64,000 bases of DNA from Candidatus Algichlamydia australiensis. GTDB lineage: Bacteria > Chlamydiota > Chlamydiia > Chlamydiales > JAJFMI01. Shown one piece after another: positions 31,302 to 40,649 of this stretch. The stretch is taken from assembly GCA_033977065.1 (NCBI GenBank), contig JAXCHI010000003.1, positions 160,001-224,000 of the forward strand, written 5' to 3'. Position 1 is the first letter of the stretch. The number at the start of each line of letters is the position of its first letter. Below the pieces are notes generated by a model. The model ran no database searches. It saw only the letters and a list, made by a program, of their open reading frames with translations, and was not told the DNA's origin. Made by a program: the position numbers and the translations under genes.

Positions 31302-31957
31302 GAAAGCTTCGCTCTTTTTAGCTCCGCGCAAATCTTTTCTAATAGGCGAATCTGACTCTCTTTGCTTCCCTTGCGTTTATCACCGCGCTTGAGAGGAAAC
31401 GCTTTTTGAATCTTTTCGATCATTACACGCGGTTTTTCACCCGCATACGCCTCAACAATCTCAGCTTTTTGCTCCACCTCACCTTTACGCGATGCCAAAA
31501 CATAAGCCGCCTTCAGCGGCAAAGCCTTAAACTTTTCCTTTAAAGTGTCGTCGGGAAGAGCCTCATGCAACTCATAGTAACTTAAAATATTATACGCTGT
31601 GCGTTTTGAACCAAAAGTTTTAATAAGCCAATCCGTGAACGTACTCTTGCCATCACCATAACGTCGCAAAATCTCGCGCGCCTTGGTCAAACGCTCACCA
31701 ATGAGAATCAAACCCTGCTTATTGATCGAGCGTACCTCAGCAGTGATGTTTTGCACTCTTGCTATATCGCGCTTAACCTCAAAAGCAGAAATATTTTCAG
31801 CCCCCTCCAAAAGAAGAGCTTCAATCTCTTGCGCCTCCTTTTCAGAAAGCGTTGACAAGTTAAAAACAGAAGAAAAACTATTGACTTGCGGGAGTAAATT
31901 CAAATTCCCCTTTTTAGGAGCACTTTTTTTAAAAAAAGCAGACGCTTGACTAGACAT
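31250..31957 (-). CDS. pGP6-D family (CT583-like) protein
   Basis: ITAEVRSINKQGLILIGERL...AYNILSYYEL...AAYVLASRKG is typical of chlamydial pGP6-D; coupled to the upstream ParA gene. Confidence 0.88.
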   Translation of the reverse strand: MSSQASAFFKKSAPKKGNLNLLPQVNSFSSVFNLSTLSEKEAQEIEALLLEGAENISAFEVKRDIARVQNITAEVRSINKQGLILIGERLTKAREILRRYGDGKSTFTDWLIKTFGSKRTAYNILSYYELHEALPDDTLKEKFKALPLKAAYVLASRKGEVEQKAEIVEAYAGEKPRVMIEKIQKAFPLKRGDKRKGSKESQIRLLEKICAELKRAKLSQEERERVVCALNQFTK

Positions 31958-32720
31958 GAACACCTACTTCAATTCGCGATAAAAACTCCTCTCCAAGCTG
32001 CGCAAAATCTTCACTTGCTCGGCTCTTCGGAGCAAATTCTTGCACCGGTTTGCCTGACAACACCGCACGTGAAACATGCATATCACGTCGAATCTTTGCC
32101 TCAAACAGCATCCGAGGAAACGCATCTTCAATCTCTTCTAAAAACGCGCTATTGACCGCACCACGCTCATTCCAAAAAGAGAGCACCACACCTAAAAGCT
32201 CAATCGGATGATACTTTTGAATCCCTTCATGAAACTCTTTTAATCGTCTCAAGGCAATTACGCTAAACGCTTCAGGAATCGCACAAATAATCGAGCGGTT
32301 GGAAGCAAAAAAAGCGGACTGCGTCAGCCATCCAAGAGATGGCGGCGTATCGATAAAAATATAATCATAATTGAGAAGTGCAACTGCGCGCTTCAAACGC
32401 TCATGCGCATAAGGATCTCCTGCCAGCTGCGCTGTACGCTCAATTCCGTCGAGATAGGCGTTGGCAGGAATCAGATCTAAACCCTCAATTTCTGTCGGAA
32501 GAATCACCTCATCAATACCTTTTTCTTCCAGCAATACAGCTGCCATCGTCTCCATGCGATCAGGACCGAAGCCCAAACCAACAGAGAGATTGGCCTGCGA
32601 ATCAAAATCAATTAATAAGACCCGTTTGCCATGACGCTTGCTTAGCTCATAAGCAAGATGCAAGCAGGTGGAAGTTTTTGCCGTACCACCTTTAAAACTA
32701 CACAACGTAATTACATCCAT
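31950..32720 (-). CDS. parA: ParA family ATPase (pGP5-D-like)
   Basis: KGGTAKTS, IDFDSQAN and IDTPPSLG motifs. The start was reassigned to the ATG at 32720 because the longer ORF begins inside the MITE. Confidence 0.92.
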   Translation of the reverse strand: MDVITLCSFKGGTAKTSTCLHLAYELSKRHGKRVLLIDFDSQANLSVGLGFGPDRMETMAAVLLEEKGIDEVILPTEIEGLDLIPANAYLDGIERTAQLAGDPYAHERLKRAVALLNYDYIFIDTPPSLGWLTQSAFFASNRSIICAIPEAFSVIALRRLKEFHEGIQKYHPIELLGVVLSFWNERGAVNSAFLEEIEDAFPRMLFEAKIRRDMHVSRAVLSGKPVQEFAPKSRASEDFAQLGEEFLSRIEVGVHV

Positions 32721-32764
32721 AATGGAGTCAATGTAACGGTTGCACTTTTTTCTGTCGATAAAAT

Positions 32765-32929
32765 TAGATAGTGTCGTCAAAAGCATACAACCATCTTATT
32801 TTTCATGTTTGGGCTCCATTTTTGTGCTCAAATGAAGCGGAATTTACAAATTCAGCTTCAATTTCCGCACAAAAATAAGCTGCAAACATGAAAAATAATC
32901 TGATTATAGCCTTTTGACGACACTATCTA
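32765..32929 (-). mobile_element. Hairpin MITE-like element, family A, copy 2 (inverted relative to copy 1)
   Basis: Reverse complement of 3099-3263, near-identical. Its end supplies the TAG stop of the gene at 32927-34501. Confidence 0.9.
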
Positions 32930-34501
32930 GTTAATCACAACCGTTACAGGTGTCGATTCACCACCAGACGCATCAATAGTCGAGATTTGGTAAGTATCTG
33001 TTCCTTTTTTGGGACGGTTATGGTCACGATATTCAGACATATTTCGACCCGATACAAGTGTTAAAAACTCCCCATTCCTAACAATTTTATATCCAGTAGA
33101 TGCAGAAGAGCTACTTGGTGTCCAATTCAACTTATTAAAATACTCTTTTTGAAAAGGAAAGCGATTTTCAACGCGCTTTCCTGTAGCTCTTGATGGAGGA
33201 GAGATAATAGCACTACCTATTCCTGTAGATGCTTCGATCACATTTGTTACCCCATCTTCACCTGTAAAAACAATCATAGCCCCAACACCGGTAGAAGCAA
33301 CTGCTACATGTGGGTCATTAACATTCTCCCCTGGAGAAGAGACCATTTCTGGTGCAGACCAGGTATTGGTTTCTAAATCAAAAGAAGTTACATAGACTTC
33401 TACAGGAGGAACAAAGCGTTCAAAAACAGCGACTCCATTTCCGTTATTATCAATTGCAACATCTCGATCAATTGATGTCTCTCCAGGATCAATATTTTGT
33501 GGGGTAGACCATGTATCTGTAACAGGATTATAGCTCGATGCTTGAGATATAACAGTCACACCATCAAACCCCTGCCAAGAAGCAATCGCTTGTAAAGAGT
33601 CATTAACTGCTATAAAAGGATTTTGGTTAACAGCAGCGGCAGGAACAATCGAAACAGGAAGTGCCCAACCTACTCCTTTTGTATAGCGCGCAGCGCGAAT
33701 ATCCACAGAAGGGACCGTACGCTCCCAAACGGCAATCGCATCTCCAGCTGCACTAGTTCCAATTTGAGGATCACCAACAGTACTTCCACCATCTGAAATA
33801 GTAATTGGTGCACTCCAAGTCATGGTTCCTACATCGAAGGAAGAGCTCTGTATACTACCACTTCTCTGCCAAACAGCAACAGCATCTCCATCGCCGTCAA
33901 CACTGACTTCGGCATTATTCGAACTAGCTGCTCCAGGAGAAATCTGAACTGGTGCGGACCACGTCATTAAACCAACGTCAAAATAAGAAGCAGAAATTTC
34001 TAAAAATCCTGGAATAAAGCTCTGCCAAACAACGACAGCATTACCACTAGGATCACAACTCACCTGAGGATTTGAAGCGGCAATTCCGTTTGCAACAAAA
34101 ATTGGCGCTGACCAAGTCTCTGCTGTCGAATCATAGCGCGCTGATTGAATGTCTCCAGCCGCGGTTTCTGACCAAACTACAACTGCATTTCCGCTAGAAT
34201 CAGAACTGATAGTGGGCGAGCTTGCTGATACACCCGCTGCAGAAATAGTCACTGGAGTAGTCCAACTCTCTGTTGCAGCTGAGTATTGAGCACCTTGAAC
34301 CCGGCTATTAAAGCCATCAGACCGAGTCCAAACTGCTACGGCATCTCCATTTGAAATCACCGTAACTTCAGGATTGCCTGCACTCTGCCCGGAATCTGAA
34401 ATCTGTTCTGGTGGTTCAAAAGTGTATGGTTCTGCACCAAGACTCCCTAATGTAGAACCTAAAATGATTAGAATTGATAAGTAGCTCTTACAATTGCGCA
34501 T
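32927..34501 (-). CDS. Secreted beta-propeller-like repeat protein with a C-terminal FN3-like domain
   Basis: Signal peptide; about eight repeats of G[DN]AxAVW...WSAPxxIS; C-terminal LNWTPS...GYKIVRNG...YRD...TYQISTID. Confidence 0.8.
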   Translation of the reverse strand: MRNCKSYLSILIILGSTLGSLGAEPYTFEPPEQISDSGQSAGNPEVTVISNGDAVAVWTRSDGFNSRVQGAQYSAATESWTTPVTISAAGVSASSPTISSDSSGNAVVVWSETAAGDIQSARYDSTAETWSAPIFVANGIAASNPQVSCDPSGNAVVVWQSFIPGFLEISASYFDVGLMTWSAPVQISPGAASSNNAEVSVDGDGDAVAVWQRSGSIQSSSFDVGTMTWSAPITISDGGSTVGDPQIGTSAAGDAIAVWERTVPSVDIRAARYTKGVGWALPVSIVPAAAVNQNPFIAVNDSLQAIASWQGFDGVTVISQASSYNPVTDTWSTPQNIDPGETSIDRDVAIDNNGNGVAVFERFVPPVEVYVTSFDLETNTWSAPEMVSSPGENVNDPHVAVASTGVGAMIVFTGEDGVTNVIEASTGIGSAIISPPSRATGKRVENRFPFQKEYFNKLNWTPSSSSASTGYKIVRNGEFLTLVSGRNMSEYRDHNRPKKGTDTYQISTIDASGGESTPVTVVIN

Positions 34502-34531
34502 ATAAAAACCTATATTTCGTAGATGCAATTA

Positions 34532-35146
34532 TTAAAATTCAAACCCGAGAGCTCCGCCAATGCTAAGTCCCCCTACTTCGACACCTTTACCCGAAACTCC
34601 CGCTCTTGTGTTGATTATCCCAAGACTTCTAAAAGAGTAATCGATGAAGCCCCTTAGAAATACAGACTTATCGAGGTAGTACAAAGCGCCCCCTTCTACA
34701 ACTCCCCCCATTCCACTCTTTGTCACACGACTTTCAACAAAAGTTACTTCATTTTTAACGCGGACAAAAAAGTAGCGAAGCCCTGCACCCAAAAATAACT
34801 TTATAGGATGGGGCCCCTCAGAGACCTCATAAATATAATCGAGACCTAACGAAAGAGGAATAATTCGAATCTCAGTTTTGTTATCTCCTCCAATCGAGTT
34901 TCCTTCACTATCGAGATAGTTAAAGCCCCCAAAAAGATAGAGATTTTTAAAAAATGGCTGAGAAAAAGGAAGATTTCCTGAAATTTTCAATCCTGAATTT
35001 AACCAGTGACCTCCATATATATCTCTAAGAGTGCTAGAGGTCGGCCGAAAATAGGCAGCGCTCCCCTCAATTAAAACAGGTTGTGCCGCAAGAGTTCCCC
35101 CTAATCCAATAAAAATAAGGAAAAATTTAAAAAATAATTTACGCAT
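34532..35146 (-). CDS. Small outer-membrane beta-barrel protein
   Basis: Signal peptide, amphipathic beta strands, IIPLSLGL and LFLGAGLRY segments, C-terminal LGFEF Bam signal. Confidence 0.8.
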   Translation of the reverse strand: MRKLFFKFFLIFIGLGGTLAAQPVLIEGSAAYFRPTSSTLRDIYGGHWLNSGLKISGNLPFSQPFFKNLYLFGGFNYLDSEGNSIGGDNKTEIRIIPLSLGLDYIYEVSEGPHPIKLFLGAGLRYFFVRVKNEVTFVESRVTKSGMGGVVEGGALYYLDKSVFLRGFIDYSFRSLGIINTRAGVSGKGVEVGGLSIGGALGFEF

Positions 35147-35278
35147 TTCTAGACACATACAGTAAAGAGATTTTTTGAGCAACTTAAGTGATATATAATC
35201 TGAATACTAAGAGGCTGTCTAAAGACAAAAAAAAACCGCTTACACAGTTTTTTTTAGCAAATAATTACTAGATGACAT

Positions 35279-35308
35279 AAAAAAAGGCCGCTTTCGCGGC
35301 CTTTTTTT
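35279..35308. terminator. Bidirectional intrinsic terminator
   Basis: A7-GGCCGC-TTTC-GCGGCC-T7 at the stop of 35307-35606. Confidence 0.85.
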
Positions 35309-35606
35309 ACCCAAATATTTTTTTGTACATACTATCCCAATCCAATGGAGGGTTTCCTTTTTCTTTTTCATATTCGAGCTTCGTATCAAAAAATCTCAAT
35401 ATATAAGCTTCTCTTGGAGTAAATGTCTCCACTTCTTGCCTCTTTTTTATTCTATATAATGCAATATCTGTTTCCATCGAATTTTGTTGCATTTGTGAAA
35501 TTTTTTCTTTTATATTCTTTAGGTATTTAGAGAGTTTTTGTCGATCTACTGGGTGAGAACTATCTACGTCTCGGACCGTTCTATGTACGGGCATTACCAT
35601 AATCAT
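35307..35606 (-). CDS. Hypothetical protein
   Basis: 99-aa ORF with an AT-rich upstream region and a terminator directly downstream. Confidence 0.55.
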   Translation of the reverse strand: MIMVMPVHRTVRDVDSSHPVDRQKLSKYLKNIKEKISQMQQNSMETDIALYRIKKRQEVETFTPREAYILRFFDTKLEYEKEKGNPPLDWDSMYKKIFG

Positions 35607-35741
35607 CCTTTTACTTTTTAAAATTGTTATATATATTTTTTAATTTGTGAAACTTATTAATTTTTAAATATTTAATTTTCACCGTTATAAAACGATAATT
35701 TCACAAACGTAGAAACAGTATATTATTAATTAAAAAAACAA

Positions 35742-37208
35742 TCAACTAAAAAAGTTAATTTTAAAAAATGTAGAAATATTTTCTATTAGATCAGAAGCAA
35801 TCATTGCTTCATTTGAAAGTTTTTTTGCTGCAATCTCTCCAGAAACTCCGTGAAGAGTTACTCCCAAAAGAGCAGCAGGAAGAGCATCGAGTTTCTGGGC
35901 AAGAAAAGAGCCGATAATACCAGTGAGTACATCCCCTGTTCCAGCAGTTGCCATGCCGGGGCAACCCCTAGTCGAAATAAAAGGTGATTTACCTGGTGAA
36001 AAAATCCAAGTTGGGGCGCCTTTTACAATTAAAACAACCTCTTTATCCTCTGCATATTTTTGACAAGCTGCGTGAGTTGGTTCTGCTCCAAGCAGTCGTT
36101 CCATCTCTTTTTTGTGAGGTGTGAGAACGGTTGGGACTTTTGCTTGGAAATTTTTGATTTCACTTAAGTGAAAAAGTCCATCTGCATCAATCACCCTCGG
36201 CAGTGGCACATCAAGCAACCGAACAAAACGTTTTTTTGCTTCTTCATCTCTCCCCATTCCAGGACCGATCACCAGGGCATTTGCGCGCTTAACTTCCGTG
36301 AAGAGCTCTTCAAAATGATCCGAGCGGATTAATTCATAAGGGGCTGCTGCTAGCTCCTCTTCCATCTTCGGCATGTGGTAGAGGCGCACGATTCCCACTC
36401 CCGTGCGCAAAGCAGCAGTGCAGGCAAGAAGGGCAGCGCCGGGCATACCGGGAGATCCCGCCACAGCAAGCAGATAACCCGCTTCGTACTTATGACGTGT
36501 GCGTTTTGGTTTAGGCACAATCTCAAAAAGCTTCTTTTCATCCAAAAGATAGCCTTGCAGCTCAGCCTCTTTTTGGTACTTGGGATCAAGACCAAAATCC
36601 ACAATGCGAAGCTCACCGATATGATTGTATCCCTCGCCCACAAAAAGCCCCAGCTTAGCCATACCAAGCGTGATCGTCATTGTTGCTTGGATCGCGCTAC
36701 CTTCAACTGCTCCGGTATTACCGTCTACACCTGAGGGAATGTCCAAAGCGACAATCGGTGCGCCGCTTGCATTCACCTTTTCAATTGTTTCCGCCAGTAA
36801 TCCTTCCGTTTTTCCAGAAAATCCTGTGCCCAAAAGACCATCTAAAATCACGCAGTCAGAAGGAAATATCGTGGTTTTTTCAATGGGAAGAAAGGGACCT
36901 TTAGCATTGTAGAAAGCTTCGCCCTTTTTCTTGCAAAGTGGCGAGTACTCCTCAGGCGGATAGAGATGATAAGCAGTGACCTCCACGCCGGCGTTATGCA
37001 AGTGCAGACCGGCAACGAGTGCGTCGCCTCCATTATTTCCTTTACCTAAGAGCAGAAGAACTTTTCTGGGAGCGAATTCCTCTTGCACAAGGCGCGCAAT
37101 CTCTTCGCCTGCCTTGTCCATGTAGGCTTCATCATCTGCCCCCTCTTCAATACTTTTACGCTCAATGCGCGCCATCTCTTTTGCCGTAACAATCGGCGCG
37201 CCTCTCAT
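35742..37208 (-). CDS. nnr: Bifunctional NAD(P)H-hydrate epimerase/dehydratase
   Basis: GKGNNGGD, DIPSG, VIDADGL, LTPH and GTGDVLTG motifs. Confidence 0.95.
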   Translation of the reverse strand: MRGAPIVTAKEMARIERKSIEEGADDEAYMDKAGEEIARLVQEEFAPRKVLLLLGKGNNGGDALVAGLHLHNAGVEVTAYHLYPPEEYSPLCKKKGEAFYNAKGPFLPIEKTTIFPSDCVILDGLLGTGFSGKTEGLLAETIEKVNASGAPIVALDIPSGVDGNTGAVEGSAIQATMTITLGMAKLGLFVGEGYNHIGELRIVDFGLDPKYQKEAELQGYLLDEKKLFEIVPKPKRTRHKYEAGYLLAVAGSPGMPGAALLACTAALRTGVGIVRLYHMPKMEEELAAAPYELIRSDHFEELFTEVKRANALVIGPGMGRDEEAKKRFVRLLDVPLPRVIDADGLFHLSEIKNFQAKVPTVLTPHKKEMERLLGAEPTHAACQKYAEDKEVVLIVKGAPTWIFSPGKSPFISTRGCPGMATAGTGDVLTGIIGSFLAQKLDALPAALLGVTLHGVSGEIAAKKLSNEAMIASDLIENISTFFKINFFS

Positions 37209-38201
37209 CTAAAGAGACTCCTCTTTAATCGTACGAGTGAGCAGAGCGTGCACAGCCTTTTTGGGATCTAATCCTTGATAGACAACTTGATAAACTCCCT
37301 CCGTAATCGGCAGAGCAACATCATGTTTTTTTCCCAATTCGCGTGCAGAAACACAGGTGTAAGCTCCTTCTACAACCATACCAATCTCATCACGCGCTTG
37401 ATCAGGTGTTAGTCCCTTTGCAAGTAAGTTGCCAAATTTATAGTTGCGACTCTTATCAGAAATGCAGGTTGCGCAGAGATCTCCCATGCCAGCTAAGCCA
37501 TTGAGCGTCTCCATTTTTGCCCCCTTGACCATTCCCAGCTTGCGAATTTCATGCAAACCGCGTGTCATGAGCGCCGCTTTGGTGTTTTCCCCAAAACCCA
37601 AACCATCGGAGATCCCGCTGGCAATCGCAATAATATTTTTCATCGCGCCGCCAAACGCAACACCAATCATATCGCTGTTGGGATAGACACGGAAAGTAGA
37701 AGTTGTAAATGCCTTTCCCACTGTATGCATCAGCTCTTCATCATCGGAAGCGCTGACAACAGAAGCGGGTAGCTCATGCAACACTTCCAAAGCGAGCGTG
37801 GGACCACTCAAACAAGCGATCTTTGCTTGATCACCTAAAATGTCTTTTGCCAATTCGGGAAGTAAAAATCCTGTCCCCTGCTCAATTCCTTTTGATGTAA
37901 TGACAAAAGGAGGTAAATCGACACCCAAATCTTTTAACTGCTCTAAAACCGAGCGCATACCCTTGGATGTAACCGATTCCACAACAAGTTCTGCGCCATC
38001 CAGGGCTTCTTTAATATCAAACGTGTAGCGAAACGAGCCCTTCACCTCAATATCGGGAAAGCGCGGGTGCCTTTTTGTTTTAGCAAAATGATCGGGAAGA
38101 TCTTTTTCAATTGTCCAGATCACAACTTCGTGACCATTACTGGCAAGCAAGCGAGCTAAGCTAAACCCCCATGCGCCAGAACCAAGATATGCAATTTTCA
38201 T
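37209..38201 (-). CDS. gpsA: NAD(P)H-dependent glycerol-3-phosphate dehydrogenase
   Basis: MKIAYLGSGAWG, GGAMKNIIAIA, GMGDL and SRN motifs; start set at the ATG at 38201. Confidence 0.96.
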   Translation of the reverse strand: MKIAYLGSGAWGFSLARLLASNGHEVVIWTIEKDLPDHFAKTKRHPRFPDIEVKGSFRYTFDIKEALDGAELVVESVTSKGMRSVLEQLKDLGVDLPPFVITSKGIEQGTGFLLPELAKDILGDQAKIACLSGPTLALEVLHELPASVVSASDDEELMHTVGKAFTTSTFRVYPNSDMIGVAFGGAMKNIIAIASGISDGLGFGENTKAALMTRGLHEIRKLGMVKGAKMETLNGLAGMGDLCATCISDKSRNYKFGNLLAKGLTPDQARDEIGMVVEGAYTCVSARELGKKHDVALPITEGVYQVVYQGLDPKKAVHALLTRTIKEESL

Positions 38202-38281
38202 ACAGACCAGTATACCAAAAAATTCCCAATTCGAAACCGGTTTTTCACCATCATTGATTATCAACAACTTACAAAAATACT

Positions 38282-38319
38282 CATATCATTAAATCGCGTT
38301 TTTGCAATTTAATGATATG
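38282..38319. promoter_or_regulatory. 13-bp perfect inverted repeat (operator or terminator)
   Basis: CATATCATTAAAT-N12-ATTTAATGATATG, 5 bp past the rhuM stop and upstream of gpsA. Confidence 0.5.
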
Positions 38320-38324
38320 GGTTG

Positions 38325-39374
38325 TTACCTACCTTCTTTCAAATATTTAATACAAGCTCGATCAAAGTCAGAAAGATATTTTTTATTTTGATCAACTCGA
38401 TATTTTTCGTATTCTTCAGAAGCTTTCGCTACTGCCATTTCATGAGAAACTCTACCTGCATGTCTTAGAACTTGTTGGTCTGTTAAACTTAAAAATTTTT
38501 CTACTTGGAACAACCAGTCTTTCATTGACATAATTTGTTTTTTCAATGCCTTTAACTCTGCAAAATCAATAAACATAGTGACTAGACGATTTAACTTTGA
38601 AATTTCATCTTTTTTTAAGTAATTTTTTGCAATTAATGTATCACTCTTAAGAATCTTTCCTTTAGGAGAGTTTTTCCATGAAGTCAATCCCATAAATGGT
38701 TTTTCGCTATTCGCTCTTTGATAAACAATTTCTGCAGCAGTTTTTCCAGTAGTTGCAAAATGCAATTGATTCTGAATAATTTGAAAAAATTTCTTAGTTT
38801 CTTCACTTCGAGATCTATAATCGCTGCTACATTGTTCAAATACATCTGCTATTTTTTGATATGCTCGACGTTCACTCGCTCGAATTTCTCGAATCTTTTC
38901 AAGAAGTTCTTCAAAGTAATCTTCTCCAAAAGCATTTCCGTTTTTTAGCATTTGGTCATTGAGCACAAACCCTTTAAGCATAAATTCGCGTAAAGTATTT
39001 GTGGCCCATATTCTAAAATGTGTTGCCTTGATGGAATTGACACGATAGCCCACTGCAATTACAGCATCTAGATTATAAACCTCCACCTCGCGCAAGACCT
39101 TACGCCGACCCTCAATTTGAACTATTTCCATTTTGGAAACAGTTGCCTCTTTGGTTAATTCGATGCTAGAATAAATGTTTTTAAGGTGCCTAGAAACCGC
39201 TGGGACATTTACACCAAACAACTCAGCAATAGTCTTTTGCGTTAACCAAAAGTTGTTTTTAGAGTAAAACACTCCCACAACAACTTTTCCGTCAGTATTT
39301 GTGTAAAGAACAACTTTTTCTTCATGACTGAATTTTTGTAGAGGGTCCTTTGTTTTACTTGAGAAATTGCTCAT
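38325..39374 (-). CDS. RhuM (virulence RhuM family) protein
   Basis: WLTQKTIAELFG, YNLDAVIAVGYRVNS, FRIWA and IREIRASERR motifs; visibly AT-richer than its neighbours. Confidence 0.9.
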   Translation of the reverse strand: MSNFSSKTKDPLQKFSHEEKVVLYTNTDGKVVVGVFYSKNNFWLTQKTIAELFGVNVPAVSRHLKNIYSSIELTKEATVSKMEIVQIEGRRKVLREVEVYNLDAVIAVGYRVNSIKATHFRIWATNTLREFMLKGFVLNDQMLKNGNAFGEDYFEELLEKIREIRASERRAYQKIADVFEQCSSDYRSRSEETKKFFQIIQNQLHFATTGKTAAEIVYQRANSEKPFMGLTSWKNSPKGKILKSDTLIAKNYLKKDEISKLNRLVTMFIDFAELKALKKQIMSMKDWLFQVEKFLSLTDQQVLRHAGRVSHEMAVAKASEEYEKYRVDQNKKYLSDFDRACIKYLKEGR

Positions 39375-39448
39375 ATTTAAAGCCTAGAAAGGGTGAAAAA
39401 CAAAATATTACATGAAAAAACAATTACTGACCACTTTGTCAGCTTATT

Positions 39449-39612
39449 ATGAACCTATCCAACTAAACATGCTTTTGCCTTTTTCCACATTTTTGGCTGG
39501 ATTTTGAGCTATTTTTTCAAACAACTTAATTAAGTTGTTTTCAAAAAGATCCCAAAATCCTTCTCAAAACTGAGAAAAAATTTCAAAAGCAGCTTTAGTT
39601 GGATAGGTTCAT
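39449..39612 (-). mobile_element. Hairpin MITE-like element, family B, copy 3 (inverted)
   Basis: Reverse complement of 26330-26493. Supplies the TGA stop of the gene at 39609-40649. Confidence 0.93.
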
Positions 39613-40649
39613 CTAGAAAGTAAATCTTTTTTTACTGTCTCAAAACTATCGCTACCGATAGCATTTTTTAGAGGAGAAAAGCAGGTTTTTCGATCGGCAA
39701 GAATCCCCGCATAAGAGTTGGCATGGAGAAATAAATCAAAATTGAATTTTTCAAATTTAAATACTTTCTTTCCCTTTACAGTTTTTCTTGCGACGTGAAG
39801 TGGAAGATCGATCGCATGAATTTTTTCAATAAAATCCATTGTGACGCAAAAAAGCCCCGCGTTGGCGATGGTCCATGTATGCAGCTTTTTTTCAGAGAAC
39901 TCGGAGTACTCTAAAACGGAGATCCGCCCGCCCTTTTCTGTAAAAAGCCCCATACTCTCATGACAATTGCACTTTTCAACTGCCTTTATTGCTAAGGGAA
40001 CTTCTTTTTCGATTTGCAACCCAACAAGTTCAGGATCAAAGGGATTGGCAAGGGGGTTATCAACGTGAATGCTGTTGACATGAGCGACTCCCATCTCCCG
40101 CCACTTGGCATAAATCCCATTTTGATAGAGCAGTTGCAAAGCTTCGCCATTTCCATTGGGTGCCATCACAGTTTTGCCGTCCTTATCTGCAAACCAACTT
40201 CCTGACTCATCCATAAGCGGCAGCTGATTCTGCTGAAAGAAATGAAGATTCTTTTCTGACAATCCAAAAAGTTGATTATCGAAGAAAAACTCGCGCGTTT
40301 CTCGGTCGTTTTGTGGAGAAGTCATGATTGCAACTTGTGCATGCGAAGGAATTTTTTCACAAAGGAGTTCAAAAAGAGACTTTTCTCCCAACACTTTTGC
40401 CGTCCCCTTGGGTCCTGGAAATCCAAGCCGTGTTCCCTGTCCCCCTGCCAAGACCACGCACGCAACACGCCCCTCATCAATCGCTCTCTCTCCTCTTTGT
40501 TTCGTCTCTTTCGAAATTTTTTTTGTGAAATTTTTAGGAGGAAAAAAAGCAGCATCTAGCGACTCTTTTGGAGCGACAATCAACTCTTTTTGAAGACGAT
40601 AGAGATCATCATCGAACGGGAGGTCAGGTGAGGTATGAGGCGAGGTCAT
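39609..40649 (-). CDS. UDP-N-acetylglucosamine pyrophosphorylase, eukaryote/UAP1-like (chlamydial CT715 type)
   Basis: LAGGQGTRLG, PNGNG, VDNPL, EYSE, KFEKFNFD and FSPLKN motifs. Confidence 0.9.
   Translation of the reverse strand: MTSPHTSPDLPFDDDLYRLQKELIVAPKESLDAAFFPPKNFTKKISKETKQRGERAIDEGRVACVVLAGGQGTRLGFPGPKGTAKVLGEKSLFELLCEKIPSHAQVAIMTSPQNDRETREFFFDNQLFGLSEKNLHFFQQNQLPLMDESGSWFADKDGKTVMAPNGNGEALQLLYQNGIYAKWREMGVAHVNSIHVDNPLANPFDPELVGLQIEKEVPLAIKAVEKCNCHESMGLFTEKGGRISVLEYSEFSEKKLHTWTIANAGLFCVTMDFIEKIHAIDLPLHVARKTVKGKKVFKFEKFNFDLFLHANSYAGILADRKTCFSPLKNAIGSDSFETVKKDLLSR

Noticed and set aside
31250..32720. Integrated chlamydial plasmid
   Set aside because: A chromosomal parA/pGP6-D pair is normal in chlamydiae, and no plasmid helicase, integrases or iterons are nearby.
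32721..32786. N-terminal extensions of ParA (and similarly GpsA 38202-38267, Nth 46866-46877, SPFH 42521-42562) in the ORF track
   Set aside because: Family homology starts at downstream ATGs; the ParA extension begins inside a MITE.
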